This document shows, piece by piece, positions 1 through 10,783 of a DNA stretch of 64,000 nt. The DNA comes from Candidatus Omnitrophota bacterium (GTDB lineage Bacteria; Omnitrophota; Gorgyraeia; Zapsychrales; Fredricksoniimonadaceae): positions 7,085-71,084 of the forward strand of contig JAGWOI010000009.1 of the NCBI GenBank assembly GCA_028870995.1, read 5' to 3'. Position 1 is the stretch's first letter; the number at the start of each line of letters is the position of its first letter. The notes beneath the pieces were generated by a model. The model searched no databases. It saw nothing but the letters and a program-made list of their open reading frames with translations, and was not told the DNA's origin. Both the position numbers and the translations under genes were made by a program.

Positions 1-1
1 G

Positions 2-247
2 TTAGTTCGCAGTGAAAAAGGCACCGTCCTTGAAAAGGACCGCCAGTATCTTTTCCGCGTGGCGCCGTTTGCCACCAAGATCGACGTCAAGCGCGCCGTC
101 GAAGAGATTTACAAGGTCAAGGTCGATTCGGTCAATACCGTCAACATGCCCGGCAAGCTCAAGCGCGTGCGTTACAAGACCGGCTATACGACAGGCTGGA
201 AAAAAGCCATTGTCTCTCTCAAAGAGGGACAGAAAATAGAGGGATAG
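2..247 (+). CDS. rplW: 50S ribosomal protein L23 (5' end lies outside the window)
   Basis: The in-frame translation from position 2 reads [49 protein letters not shown], the L23 signature. It lies immediately upstream of rplB. Confidence 0.9.
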   Translation, partial: LVRSEKGTVLEKDRQYLFRVAPFATKIDVKRAVEEIYKVKVDSVNTVNMPGKLKRVRYKTGYTTGWKKAIVSLKEGQKIEG

Positions 248-251
248 GAAG

Positions 252-1091
252 ATGGGCATCAAGCGTTTCAAACCATATACGAACGGTCTTCGCCACGCGG
301 CGCTGCCGGATTACAGCGAGTTGACCAAGGGCAAACCGGAAAAGTCCTTGCTCGAACCTTTGAAGAAATCGGGCGGACGTAATTCCTACGGCCGCATCAC
401 CTCGCGTCACCGCGGGGCCGGGCACAAGCGCATGTACCGTGTCATTGATTTCAAGCGCCAGCGCATTGACGATCCCGCCGAAGTTCTCGGCATCGAGTAC
501 GATCCCAACCGCACCTGCCGCATCGCGTTGATCCAGTACAAGAGCGACAAGACCAAAGCCTATATTTTAGCCCCCGTGGATCTGCGCGTGGGCCATGAAG
601 TCATCAGCACCAATAATGCCGATGTGGATTTTCAGGCCGGCAACTGCCTGCCGCTGCGCAAAATTCCGCTCGGCACCGGTGTCCATAATGTGGAATTGAA
701 ACCCGGCCAGGGCGGCCAGATGGCCCGTTCCGCCGGCACCTCGGCCCAGCTCATTGCCAAGGAAGGCAATGTCGCGCACCTGCGCCTGCCGTCCAGCGAA
801 GTCCGCAAGGTGTCCATCGATTGTCGCGCTACCATCGGTCAGCTCTCCAATGTGGAGAACGAAACGGTTTCCATCGGCAAAGCCGGCCGCAGCCGCTGGC
901 TGGGCCGCCGCCCGCAGTCGCGCGGCGTCGTCATGAACCCCGTCGACCATCCGCACGGCGGCGGTGAAGGCAAGGCGCCTCAAGGCAACCCTCATCCGGT
1001 CACCCCGTGGGGCAAACCGACCAAAGGTTTCAAGACCCGTAAACGTAGAAAATATTCCGATCATCTGATTGTCAAGAGGAGACACAAGTAA
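252..1091 (+). CDS. rplB: 50S ribosomal protein L2
   Basis: 279 aa. N-terminus [15 protein letters not shown]. Carries the conserved [19 protein letters not shown] and HPHGGGEGK motifs. Confidence 0.97.
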   Translation: MGIKRFKPYTNGLRHAALPDYSELTKGKPEKSLLEPLKKSGGRNSYGRITSRHRGAGHKRMYRVIDFKRQRIDDPAEVLGIEYDPNRTCRIALIQYKSDKTKAYILAPVDLRVGHEVISTNNADVDFQAGNCLPLRKIPLGTGVHNVELKPGQGGQMARSAGTSAQLIAKEGNVAHLRLPSSEVRKVSIDCRATIGQLSNVENETVSIGKAGRSRWLGRRPQSRGVVMNPVDHPHGGGEGKAPQGNPHPVTPWGKPTKGFKTRKRRKYSDHLIVKRRHK

Positions 1092-1092
1092 A

Positions 1093-1380
1093 ATGTCCCG
1101 TTCCGTTAAAAAAGGCGCTTACGTCGAAGAATCCCTGCAGCGCAGGTTTGACAAGGTCGTGGCCTCTGGCCAGCGCCAGCCGATCAAGACCTGGTCGCGC
1201 CGATCCACGATCATCCCCAATTTCGTCGGTTACACCTTTGCCGTGCACGACGGCCGCAAGCATGTGCCGGTGTTCGTCACCGAGAACATGGTGGGCATGA
1301 AGTTAGGCGATTTCGTGGCAACCCGTACGTTCAGAGCCCATGGCGGTGTCAAGGCCAAGAAGGCGATGCAGAAGAAATAA
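1093..1380 (+). CDS. rpsS: 30S ribosomal protein S19
   Basis: [22 protein letters not shown]...[29 protein letters not shown]. The ORF track begins at 1069, but the ATG at 1093 gives the canonical S19 N-terminus. Confidence 0.93.
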   Translation: MSRSVKKGAYVEESLQRRFDKVVASGQRQPIKTWSRRSTIIPNFVGYTFAVHDGRKHVPVFVTENMVGMKLGDFVATRTFRAHGGVKAKKAMQKK

Positions 1381-1464
1381 AGGCCGATTTTGCTGCTAAA
1401 AAATTAAGGAAATCGGCACATTGAATCAGTGGTAAAGGTCGTGGAATTTTTGGAAGGATAATTT
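1381..1464. repeat. Copy 1 of an ~85-bp intergenic repeat family (hairpin GCCGATTTT/AAAATCGGC plus GGAAGGA ribosome-binding site); fills the normally tiny rpsS-rplV spacer
   Basis: About 85% identical to 4841-4921 and 54310-54394. Begins right after the rpsS stop codon and ends at the rplV ATG. Confidence 0.85.
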
Positions 1465-1800
1465 ATGATCGCAATTGCTCGTGGTAAATATTTGAGAATT
1501 TCGTCGATGAAGATGCGCCAGGTCTGCGATGCCCTTCGCGGCAAGGATGTCCGTCAAAGCATGGCCATGCTGGCCCAGATCGAGAAGGGTGCCAGCCAGT
1601 TTGTCAAAAAGGTGCTGGATTCCGCGGTGAGCAACGCCAAGCAAAAAGGCTTGAGCGAAGAGCAGCTGTATATCAAGACCATCACCGCCAATCACGGCGG
1701 GGCCTGGAAACGTTTCCGCGCCGCTTCTTTCGGGCGTGCGACACCGATTTTGCGCCGTACGACGCATTTAACCGTAGGGTTGGATATCAAAACCAAATAA
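1465..1800 (+). CDS. rplV: 50S ribosomal protein L22
   Basis: 111 aa. ARGKYLRISSMKMRQVCDALRGKDV...TANHGGAWKRFRAASFGRATPILRRTTHLTVGL. Confidence 0.93.
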   Translation: MIAIARGKYLRISSMKMRQVCDALRGKDVRQSMAMLAQIEKGASQFVKKVLDSAVSNAKQKGLSEEQLYIKTITANHGGAWKRFRAASFGRATPILRRTTHLTVGLDIKTK

Positions 1801-1815
1801 AGGAGAAAATCACCT

Positions 1816-2562
1816 GTGGGTCAAAAAGTTCATCCGTTAGCCTTGAGACTTGGATATACTAAAAATTGGCGCAGCATCTGGTTTGCCCAGCGTCAGGACT
1901 ATTCCGCAAATATTAAGCAGGACTTCAAGATCCGCCGGTATATCCGTGAAAAATTTGAGCAGGCCGCCGTTTCCATGGTGGTCATCGAGCGCCTGGCCGA
2001 ACAGATCAAGGTCCGCATCCATACCGCGCGTCCCGGCGTCATCATCGGCCGCCGCGGGGCCGACATCGACCGTTTGCGCGCCGAGCTCAAGGACATCACC
2101 AAAAAGGACATGGACAAGCTGGTGGTCGATATCCAGGAGATCAAGAACCCCAATACCGACGCCCAATTGGTGGCCCAGACCGTGGCCTTCCAGCTGGAAA
2201 AGCGCGTGGCGTTCCGCCGTGCCATGAAGCGTTCCATCGAGCAGGCCCGCGCCGCCGGTGCCAAAGGCATCAAGATCCGCTGCGCCGGACGCTTGGGCGG
2301 TGCTGAAATGGCCCGCACCGAGAAGTATCATGAAGGCAAGGTGCCGCTGCAGACCCTGCGCGCCGACATCGATTATGGTTTCGCCGAGGCCAAGACCACC
2401 TACGGTTTGCTGGGGATCAAGGTTTGGATTTATAAAGGCGATGTGATCAAGGACCAGGAAGAGATCGAGGCCAAAGCCGCGGCTGCTGCGGTAGTTCCTT
2501 CAGCCGCACCGGCAGCTGAAGCTCCCGCTGCCGCACCTGTGACGGAAACAGCTCAATCATAA
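1816..2562 (+). CDS. rpsC: 30S ribosomal protein S3 (GTG start, Ala/Pro-rich C-terminal tail)
   Basis: MGQKVHPLALRLGYTKNWRSIWFA... with KH and S3-C domain motifs. C-terminal tail is AAAAAVVPSAAPAAEAPAAAP. Confidence 0.95.
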   Translation: MGQKVHPLALRLGYTKNWRSIWFAQRQDYSANIKQDFKIRRYIREKFEQAAVSMVVIERLAEQIKVRIHTARPGVIIGRRGADIDRLRAELKDITKKDMDKLVVDIQEIKNPNTDAQLVAQTVAFQLEKRVAFRRAMKRSIEQARAAGAKGIKIRCAGRLGGAEMARTEKYHEGKVPLQTLRADIDYGFAEAKTTYGLLGIKVWIYKGDVIKDQEEIEAKAAAAAVVPSAAPAAEAPAAAPVTETAQS

Positions 2563-2588
2563 TTTTGGTAAGGTAGGAGAAATTTGTT

Positions 2589-3005
2589 ATGTTATTAATG
2601 CCTAAGAGAGTCAAGTACCGCAAAACGCAAAAAGGGAAGTCCCGCGGCATTGCGACCACCGGCAACCAGCTGCACTACGGCGAGTATGGTTTGAAAGCCA
2701 TTGAGAACGGGTTCGTTCCGGCGCGCCAGTTGGAAGCTTCCCGTGTCGTGGTGGCCCGTAAACTGCGCGGTTCAGGCAAATTGTGGATCAGCGCTTTCCC
2801 GCACAAGTCCATCACCAAAAAACCGGCGGAAACCCGTATGGGTAAGGGCAAGGGTGATCTGGACCATTGGGTGGCCGTGGTCAAGCGCGGCAAGGTTATT
2901 TTTGAAATAGGCGGTATCCCGGAAGATTTTGCCAAACAGGTCCTGCGCCTGGTGGCCTTTAAACTGTCGGTGAAAACCAGATTTGTGGTCCGCGGGACCC
3001 ATTAA
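2589..3005 (+). CDS. rplP: 50S ribosomal protein L16
   Basis: MLLMPKRVKYRKTQKGKSRGIATTGNQLHYGEYGLKA. Confidence 0.95.
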   Translation: MLLMPKRVKYRKTQKGKSRGIATTGNQLHYGEYGLKAIENGFVPARQLEASRVVVARKLRGSGKLWISAFPHKSITKKPAETRMGKGKGDLDHWVAVVKRGKVIFEIGGIPEDFAKQVLRLVAFKLSVKTRFVVRGTH

Positions 3006-3017
3006 TAGAGGTATCTT

Positions 3018-3221
3018 ATGAAGATGAAGGATTTGACGAATTTAACGGAAGACGATTTGATCACCAAGGAAAAGCAGCTTAAGAAAGAGCTGTTTGACAT
3101 TGAGTCTCATCGCCAGATGGGCCGCGTCGAGAAGCCGGCCAGTTCCCGCAATATCAGAAGGGACATTGCGCGCATATTAACGGTTTTAAATGAGAGAAAA
3201 TCCAATGGAAAAAAGAGCTAA
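3018..3221 (+). CDS. rpmC: 50S ribosomal protein L29
   Basis: 67 aa. MKMKDLTNLTEDDLITKEKQLKKELFDIESHRQMGRVEKPASSRNIRRDIARILTVLNER. Confidence 0.93.
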   Translation: MKMKDLTNLTEDDLITKEKQLKKELFDIESHRQMGRVEKPASSRNIRRDIARILTVLNERKSNGKKS

Positions 3222-3465
3222 CCGCCGTCGGTTTTTAACTGCCGTGGTCATCAGCGATAAGATGGACAAGACCCGCGTCGTCCAGGTCCAGAACGTCCAG
3301 AAGCACGGCAAATATGAAAAGCAGGTGCGTGATTTTACCCGATACAAGGCGCATGATGAGAAAAATGCCGCCAAGGCCGGTGATGTGGTGCGTATCATGG
3401 AAACGCGGCCTTTATCCAAGGACAAGCGCTGGGTCATCAGCGAGATTGTCGGCTCAAAAGTCTAA
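3205..3465 (+). CDS. rpsQ: 30S ribosomal protein S17
   Basis: MEKRANRRRFLTAVVISDKMDKTRVVQVQNVQKHGKYEKQVRDFTRYKAHDEK. The ATG at 3205 is preferred over the track start at 3190. Overlaps the rpmC 3' end. Confidence 0.9.
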   Translation: MEKRANRRRFLTAVVISDKMDKTRVVQVQNVQKHGKYEKQVRDFTRYKAHDEKNAAKAGDVVRIMETRPLSKDKRWVISEIVGSKV

Positions 3466-3476
3466 AAGGGGGGCGT

Positions 3477-3845
3477 ATGATCCAATTAAAGACAATTCTA
3501 GATGTGGCTGACAATACCGGCGCCCGCAAAGCTTCCCTGATCGGCGTTTTGAAATCCAAAGGCAAAGGCTGGGCCAAGGTGGGCGATATTGTGAAGGTCA
3601 ATGTCAAGGAAAGCGCCCCGGATGCCGCCATTAAAAAGGGCAGCATGGCCAAGGGCATCATCGTGCGCACCAAGAAGGCGGTCCGCCGCCAGGACGGCAC
3701 CTATGTGCGTTTTGATACCAACGCGGTGGTCATTATCGACGATGCCGGCAATCCCAAGGGCACCCGTGTCTTCGGTCCCGTGGCCCGCGAGCTGCGTAAC
3801 ATGGAATTCATGAAAATAATTTCTTTAGCTCCAGAGGTAGTATAA
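3477..3845 (+). CDS. rplN: 50S ribosomal protein L14
   Basis: MIQLKTILDVADNTGARKASLIGVLKSKGKG. Confidence 0.96.
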   Translation: MIQLKTILDVADNTGARKASLIGVLKSKGKGWAKVGDIVKVNVKESAPDAAIKKGSMAKGIIVRTKKAVRRQDGTYVRFDTNAVVIIDDAGNPKGTRVFGPVARELRNMEFMKIISLAPEVV

Positions 3846-3922
3846 GGAATTGGACCATTTCCTTAACGTAAATTTATTATTGGAAACGGTCCAAGGGAAA
3901 TAGCAATCTTAAGGAAAATATT

Positions 3923-4234
3923 ATGCTAAGAATCAGACGTGACGATACGGTGATGGTGATGGCCGGCAAGGACAAGGGCAAGACCGGAAAGGTCGTCCGG
4001 GTTTTCCCCAAGGCTGGAAAAGCCATTGTGGAAAACGTCAATGTGGTCAAAAAGGCCGTCAAGAAAAGCGACACCTACCCCCAAGGCGGGTATGTGGAGC
4101 TGGAAAAGCCGCTGGCATTGGCGAATTTGATGCTGGTCGACAAGAAAGCGAACAAGGCGACCCGGTTCAAGGTGAAAGTTTTAAAAGACGGCTCCAGAGA
4201 GCGTATCGCGCTTTCAAGCCAGGAATCCATATAG
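3923..4234 (+). CDS. rplX: 50S ribosomal protein L24
   Basis: MLRIRRDDTVMVMAGKDKGKTGKVVRVFPKAGKAIVENVNVVKK (KOW motif). Confidence 0.94.
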   Translation: MLRIRRDDTVMVMAGKDKGKTGKVVRVFPKAGKAIVENVNVVKKAVKKSDTYPQGGYVELEKPLALANLMLVDKKANKATRFKVKVLKDGSRERIALSSQESI

Positions 4235-4289
4235 GCCCTGTTACTTTGATTGCGTAAGGGGTTAAACAATTCGTTCGGAGGTTAAGGCA

Positions 4290-4838
4290 GTGGCTGCACG
4301 CTTGTTAGAAAAATACCGTAAGGAAGTCATTCCTCAGATGCAGGAAAAATTCAAGATCGCCAATCCCATGGCTGTCCCGCAGTTGTCCAAGATCGTGGTG
4401 AACATGGGGGTGGGTGAGGCCATCGGCGATGCCAAGCTTCTGGACCGCGCCGCCGAGTACTTGGCCCAGATCACCGGACAAAAACCGATCATTTGCCGTT
4501 CTAAAAAGGCGATCTCGAATTTCAAGCTGCGCGAGAACCTGCCCATCGGCTGCAAGGTGACCTTGCGCCGGGCGCGGATGTACGAATTTCTTGACCGCCT
4601 GGTGAACGTGTCCATCCCGCGTATCCGTGACTTTAACGGCACGTCCCGCAAGGGTTTTGACCGTGACGGCAATTACACCATGGGCATCATCGACCAGGGC
4701 ATCTTTCCGGAAATTGATCCGTCGGTCCGCGATTACCGCGTCCAGGGGATGGATATTTCTTTCGTTTTCGAAGGCGGCAACAAGGAACAAAATTTTGAGG
4801 TCTTGCGTCTTTTAGGCATGCCTTTCAGCAAACAATAA
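4290..4838 (+). CDS. rplE: 50S ribosomal protein L5 (GTG start)
   Basis: 182 aa. ...LEKYRKEVIPQMQEKFKIANPMAVPQLSKIVVNMGVGEA... and GMDISFVF. Confidence 0.95.
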   Translation: MAARLLEKYRKEVIPQMQEKFKIANPMAVPQLSKIVVNMGVGEAIGDAKLLDRAAEYLAQITGQKPIICRSKKAISNFKLRENLPIGCKVTLRRARMYEFLDRLVNVSIPRIRDFNGTSRKGFDRDGNYTMGIIDQGIFPEIDPSVRDYRVQGMDISFVFEGGNKEQNFEVLRLLGMPFSKQ

Positions 4839-4840
4839 CA

Positions 4841-4921
4841 AGGCCGATTTTGCTACTAAAAGATTAAGGAAATCGGCACTTCGAATCAATGTAAAAGTAG
4901 TGGAACTTTTGGAAGGAATCT
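4841..4921. repeat. Copy 2 of the ~85-bp intergenic hairpin + ribosome-binding-site repeat; fills the rplE-rpsZ spacer
   Basis: AGGCCGATTTTGCTACTAAAAGATTAAGGAAATCGGCAC...GTGGAACTTTTGGAAGGAATCT then ATG. Confidence 0.85.
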
Positions 4922-5107
4922 ATGGCAAGAAAATCATTGGTCAACAAAGCTCTGGAACCCCCTAAATTTTCCGTGCGCCAGCACAACCGCTGCGGTTTGT
5001 GCGGCCGCCCCCGCGGTTACATGCGCCGTTTCGGCATTTGCCGTATCTGTTTTAGGGAACTCTCCTGGAAGGGTGAAATTCCAGGCGTGAAAAAAGCAAG
5101 CTGGTAA
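4922..5107 (+). CDS. rpsZ: 30S ribosomal protein S14, type Z (zinc-ribbon)
   Basis: 61 aa. [61 protein letters not shown] with CxxC...CxxC. Confidence 0.95.
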   Translation: MARKSLVNKALEPPKFSVRQHNRCGLCGRPRGYMRRFGICRICFRELSWKGEIPGVKKASW

Positions 5108-5124
5108 TAAGAGAGGGTAAGTAA

Positions 5125-5520
5125 ATGTCTGTTTCAGATCCGATCGCCGATACATTAACCATCATCCGCAACGCCGCCCGCGCCCGCAAGGAAACGGTCG
5201 AGTTGAAGGCCTCCAAACTGCTGGAGCGCCTGATGGCCATTTTCAAGAACGACGGTTATATCGAAGATTTCCGTTTATTGAAGGACAACAAGCAGGGCAT
5301 CATCAAGGTCTATTTGAAATACGAGAACAACAAACCGCTGATCCTGGGGCTCAAGCGTATCTCCCGTCCGGGCTTACGCGTGTACGCCGATAAGACCAGC
5401 GTCCCCAGGGTTCTCAACGGTCTCGGAACCGCGGTCATTTCCACCTCCAGGGGGGTCATTACCGACCGCGAAGCGCGTAAATTAAAGGTCGGCGGGGAAG
5501 TCGTTTGTCATATTTGGTAA
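5125..5520 (+). CDS. rpsH: 30S ribosomal protein S8
   Basis: MSVSDPIADTLTIIRNAARARKETVELKASKLLERLMAIFKNDGYIEDF. Confidence 0.95.
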   Translation: MSVSDPIADTLTIIRNAARARKETVELKASKLLERLMAIFKNDGYIEDFRLLKDNKQGIIKVYLKYENNKPLILGLKRISRPGLRVYADKTSVPRVLNGLGTAVISTSRGVITDREARKLKVGGEVVCHIW

Positions 5521-5533
5521 AGGATATTAAAAC

Positions 5534-6073
5534 ATGTCACGTATCGCAAAAACACCGGTAGAATTACCGAAAAACGTCAAGGTTTCCTTCGATAAGTCCG
5601 CGGTCAACGTGGAAGGCCCCAAGGGCAAGTTGTCCATGAGGCTGCCCGGGCAAGTGGCCTTGGAGAACAAGGACAACAAGATTTTCGTCAACCGTGTCAA
5701 CGACAGCAAACAGGCCAGGGCCAATCATGGCACCACCAAGCGCTTGATCGAGAACATGTGCGTGGGTGTTACCACCGGCCATAAAAAGGACCTGGAGATC
5801 CAGGGCGTCGGTTTCCGCGCCGCCGTGCAGGGCAACAAGCTCGTGTTGAACGTCGGCTTTTCCCATCCGGTGGAATATGAATTCCCCAAGGATGTCAAGG
5901 TGACGGCCGCAAAGCCCACGGAAATTTCCGTCGAGGGTGTGGACAAGGCCCTGGTGGGCCTGGTGGCCGCCAAGATCCGCGGGTTCAAACCGCCGGAACC
6001 CTACAAGGGCAAAGGTATTCGGTATGCAGGAGAAGTTGTCAAACGCAAACAAGGTAAACAGGTGACCAAGTAA
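5534..6073 (+). CDS. rplF: 50S ribosomal protein L6
   Basis: MSRIAKTPVELPKNVKVSFDKSAVNVEGPKGKL...; 179 aa with the two-domain L6 pattern. Confidence 0.94.
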   Translation: MSRIAKTPVELPKNVKVSFDKSAVNVEGPKGKLSMRLPGQVALENKDNKIFVNRVNDSKQARANHGTTKRLIENMCVGVTTGHKKDLEIQGVGFRAAVQGNKLVLNVGFSHPVEYEFPKDVKVTAAKPTEISVEGVDKALVGLVAAKIRGFKPPEPYKGKGIRYAGEVVKRKQGKQVTK

Positions 6074-6076
6074 CCT

Positions 6077-6439
6077 ATGCAAAACATCAAGGAACAAAAG
6101 AGGGTTTTTCGCCATCAACGCATCCGCAAGGGGATGACCGGCACCACGGACCGTCCGCGGTTGTGCCTGCACCGTTCTTTAAACAACTTGCAGGCCCAGA
6201 TCATTGACGATTCCGCTGGCAAGGTCCTGCTGGGCAAGTCGACCCTGGCCAAGGATGTCAAGTCTAAATCCAAAACCGGCGGCAATGTCAGCGCAGCCAC
6301 TATCCTGGGTGAAGCCGTGGCCCAGGAAGCCATTAAAAAGGGGATCAAAAAAGTTGCATTCGACCGCGGCGGGTATCTTTATCACGGCCGTATTAAGGCC
6401 TTCGCAGAGGCCGCACGTAAAGCAGGATTGGAGTTTTAA
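6077..6439 (+). CDS. rplR: 50S ribosomal protein L18
   Basis: ...[31 protein letters not shown]...[28 protein letters not shown]. Confidence 0.94.
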   Translation: MQNIKEQKRVFRHQRIRKGMTGTTDRPRLCLHRSLNNLQAQIIDDSAGKVLLGKSTLAKDVKSKSKTGGNVSAATILGEAVAQEAIKKGIKKVAFDRGGYLYHGRIKAFAEAARKAGLEF

Positions 6440-6443
6440 AACG

Positions 6444-7172
6444 ATGATGAAAGAAATCAAAAAAATTGACGAAAAAGATTTAGCCGTAAAAACCGCGACC
6501 CAGGCCGAGCAGATCCTGGAACAGGAAAAAGAAACCACTGTCCAGGAAGAAACCGCCGAGGCCGCTCCCGCAGGGGCCCAGCCGGAAGCCGGCGCGCCGC
6601 AACGGGGCGGACGCAAAGGCCGCGGGGAGCGCAGGCCTCCTAAGAAAACCACTTCCTTGACGGACAGTGGGTTGATCGAAAAAGTGGTCTCCATCAACCG
6701 CGTGTCCAAGACGACCAAAGGCGGCACCCGCCTGGCGTTTTCAGCCCTGGTGGTTGTCGGCGACGGCAAGGGCAAGGCCGGTTACGGCTTGGGCAAGGCC
6801 GGTGAAGTCGCGGGCGCCATTAAAAAAGCGCTGGCCGCGGCCAAAAAGCAGATGATCCCCATCCCCCGCAGGGGGACGACCATCACCCATGAGATCATCG
6901 GGCAATGCGGTTCAGCCAACGTGTTATTAAAGCCTGCCTCCGAAGGTACGGGCATCATCGCTTCCGGGGCCGTGCGCGCGGTTTGCGACGGGGCCGGGAT
7001 CACCAACATTTTGACTAAGTGCCACCGTTCCAATAATCCTATTAATGTGGTCAAGGCCACCTTTGACGGGCTCTCCCGCTTGAAGGCTGTAAGGGAGGCC
7101 GCACCACTTCCTACGGGAAATGAGAAAGCAGGGAATATATCCAATGCAAGTCCATCAGTTGAAAAGTCCTGA
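6444..7172 (+). CDS. rpsE: 30S ribosomal protein S5, with a ~70-aa acidic low-complexity N-terminal extension and a C-terminal tail
   Basis: The S5 core is [53 protein letters not shown]...ATFDGL. The ATG at 6444 follows the rplR stop; the track's longer ORF from 6204 overlaps rplR and is rejected. The 3' end overlaps rplO by 29 nt. Confidence 0.9.
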   Translation: MMKEIKKIDEKDLAVKTATQAEQILEQEKETTVQEETAEAAPAGAQPEAGAPQRGGRKGRGERRPPKKTTSLTDSGLIEKVVSINRVSKTTKGGTRLAFSALVVVGDGKGKAGYGLGKAGEVAGAIKKALAAAKKQMIPIPRRGTTITHEIIGQCGSANVLLKPASEGTGIIASGAVRAVCDGAGITNILTKCHRSNNPINVVKATFDGLSRLKAVREAAPLPTGNEKAGNISNASPSVEKS

Positions 7173-7617
7173 AGGCTCACGCAAGCGCAAAAAGATCGTC
7201 GGACGCGGCCGCGGCACCGGTCACGGCAAGCGCTCAGGCCGTGGTCAGACCGGTCAGAGGTCCCGTTCCGGACGCGGTGTCATTCTGGCGTATGAAGGCG
7301 GCCAGATGTCCCTGTTGCGCCGGTTACCCAAGGTGGGTTTCCGCAGCAAATGGCCGGTGAAATACCAGATCGTCAATTGCGCAAGCCTCAACACTTTCGA
7401 GGATGGTACAACCATCACCCCTGAACTTCTCAAGAGCCGCCATCTGATCAAGTCCCTGCTCAAGCCGGTCAAGATCTTAAGCGTGGGAGACCTCAAGCGT
7501 AAATTGACGGTGCAGGCCCATTCTTTCTCGACTGAGGCCCGTGAAAAGATCACCAAGGCCGGCGGTACCTTGACAGTCCTGGGCCTCGCGGCGGCCGCTC
7601 ACGGCAGTTCGTCATAA
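7144..7617 (+). CDS. rplO: 50S ribosomal protein L15
   Basis: [43 protein letters not shown]. It directly follows rpsE, so no L30 gene lies between them. Confidence 0.92.
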   Translation: MQVHQLKSPEGSRKRKKIVGRGRGTGHGKRSGRGQTGQRSRSGRGVILAYEGGQMSLLRRLPKVGFRSKWPVKYQIVNCASLNTFEDGTTITPELLKSRHLIKSLLKPVKILSVGDLKRKLTVQAHSFSTEAREKITKAGGTLTVLGLAAAAHGSSS

Positions 7618-7623
7618 TTTTTT

Positions 7624-9026
<1,403 letters not shown>

Positions 9027-9030
<4 letters not shown>

Positions 9031-9668
9031 AGGTTATTTTATTAGGGCCTCCGGGCGCCGGCAAAGGTTCCCTGGCAGGTTTATTGAAAGAGAAATACCG
9101 GGTTGCCCATATCTCCACCGGAGACATGCTGCGCGAAGAGATCAAGACCGGCAGCGCCCTCGGCGCTGAGATCAAGGCGCTCATCACCAAAGGGGCCCTG
9201 GTGTCCGATGAGCTGGTGACTAGGCTCGTGGAGCAGCGTTTTGCCCATGATCCGGACTTGAAAAAAGGATACATGCTGGACGGTTTTCCCCGGACGGTCA
9301 AGCAGGCCCAGGACCTTGATGTGATATTGACCAGGGTGGGAATGCCTTTGGATTTTGCCTTGAATATGGAAGCGGACCAGGCCCTTTTGCTTAAGCGCCT
9401 GACCGGCCGCAGGGTCTGCCGCCAATGCGGGGCCTTGTTTCACATGACCAATAAGCCCCCTGCCAAAGAAGGTATTTGTGATACATGCGGGGGCCCTCTT
9501 TACCAGCGTTCGGATGATAATGAGGCTACGATCAAGGAACGCATGCGGGTTTACCGCGAGAGCACCCAGCCGATCATCGATTATTATGCCCAGCAGAACA
9601 AGTTGAAAATGCTGGACGCTAATTTGGATACGGACGTCCTCTGTCAATCGCTGGCTGCCATGTTGTAG
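9027..9668 (+). CDS. adk: Adenylate kinase (zinc-lid form)
   Basis: MKVILLGPPGAGKGSLAGLLKEKY... (P-loop). Lid carries CRQCGALFH...CDTCGG. Confidence 0.96.
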
Positions 9669-9677
9669 GCAAGGCCT

Positions 9678-10436
9678 ATGAAGACCGTTCAAGGCATTCG
9701 CATCAAGACAGCTAATGAAGTTGACATTTTAAGAAAAGCTGGTAAAATTTTAAGTTCTATTGTCGCCCAGTTGCAAAGCTCTTTAACAAGTGGGATGTCG
9801 ACGAGAGATATCGACCAGAAAGCGGAAGAATTGATCCGCCGTCATCACGTGGTTTCAGCCTTCAAAGGTTACCGCGGTTTTCCGGGGTTTACCTGCATTT
9901 CCGTCAATGAAGGTGTCGTCCACGGCATTCCCGGTCCCAGGATCATCAAGGGCGGCGATATCGTCAGCCTTGATATGGGCATCATCTATGAGGGGTATTA
10001 TTCGGATACGGCGGTGACCATACCCGTCGGGAACGTTTCCCCCGAGACCCGGCGGCTTTTGGATGTGACCAGTGACTCCCTGTTGCGCGGCATTGAGCAG
10101 GCCAGGCCTGGCAACAAGCTCTCTGATATTTCCTTTGCCGTGCAAAGCTTCGTGGAAATGCACGGATTCTCGGTGGTGCGGGATTTTGTCGGCCATGGGA
10201 TAGGCAAGCAGCTGCACGAAGAGCCGGAAATTCCCAATTATGGAAGGCCCGGCGAAGGGCCCCTGCTGCGGGAGGGCATGGTGTTCGCCATCGAGCCCAT
10301 GGTCAATATGGGCACGCACCGCACCAGGATATTGAACGACGGTTGGACCGTGGTAACAGAAGATGGCAAGCCATCGGCCCATTTCGAGCATACGGTTGCC
10401 ATAACGAGCAACGGACCCGAGATACTGACAAAATAG
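9678..10436 (+). CDS. map: Type I methionine aminopeptidase
   Basis: 252 aa. Metal ligands fall in FKGYRGFPGFTCISVNEGVVHGIP and HFEHTVAIT. Confidence 0.95.
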   Translation: MKTVQGIRIKTANEVDILRKAGKILSSIVAQLQSSLTSGMSTRDIDQKAEELIRRHHVVSAFKGYRGFPGFTCISVNEGVVHGIPGPRIIKGGDIVSLDMGIIYEGYYSDTAVTIPVGNVSPETRRLLDVTSDSLLRGIEQARPGNKLSDISFAVQSFVEMHGFSVVRDFVGHGIGKQLHEEPEIPNYGRPGEGPLLREGMVFAIEPMVNMGTHRTRILNDGWTVVTEDGKPSAHFEHTVAITSNGPEILTK

Positions 10437-10439
10437 CGT

Positions 10440-10658
10440 ATGGCCAAAGAAGATTTGATAGAGGTTGAAGGAACGATCGTGGAGGCATTGCCGAATGCGA
10501 TGTTTCGGGTGGAGTTGGAGAACAAGCACAAGGTTTTGGCGCATGTGTCCGGAAAGATCAGGATGAACTTCATCCGCATCCTGCCCGGGGACAAGGTCAA
10601 AGTGGAGTTATCGCCTTACGATTTAAGCCGTGGGCGCATCACTTTCAGATTGAAATGA
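10440..10658 (+). CDS. infA: Translation initiation factor IF-1
   Basis: [70 protein letters not shown]. Confidence 0.97.
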   Translation: MAKEDLIEVEGTIVEALPNAMFRVELENKHKVLAHVSGKIRMNFIRILPGDKVKVELSPYDLSRGRITFRLK

Positions 10659-10664
10659 GGGGAT

Positions 10665-10778
10665 ATGAAGGTTAAATCATCGGTCAAAAGAATTTGTTCA
10701 AGTTGCAAGATCATCCGTCGTAACCGGGTGGTTCGCGTCATTTGCACCAACCCCAAACATAAGCAAAGACAAGGATAA
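10665..10778 (+). CDS. rpmJ: 50S ribosomal protein L36
   Basis: Not in the ORF track because it is under 60 aa. Manual translation gives [37 protein letters not shown], the L36 signature with a C..C...C..H zinc ribbon. Confidence 0.9.
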   Translation: MKVKSSVKRICSSCKIIRRNRVVRVICTNPKHKQRQG

Positions 10779-10783
10779 ACGTT

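Noticed and set aside
567-1085. Many long antisense or alternate-frame ORFs inside conserved genes (for example 567-1085 minus, 1837-2331 minus, 22822-24273 minus at 483 aa, 5564-6172 minus, 36568-37482 minus)
   Set aside because: These are typical high-GC artefacts. They lie opposite or overlapping strongly recognisable genes (rplB, rpsC, clpC, rplF, metG) and have no recognisable protein features.
6204-7172. Track ORF calling rpsE from 6204 (322 aa)
   Set aside because: It would overlap rplR by 236 nt in another frame. The ATGATG at 6444, directly after the rplR stop, gives the S5 start.
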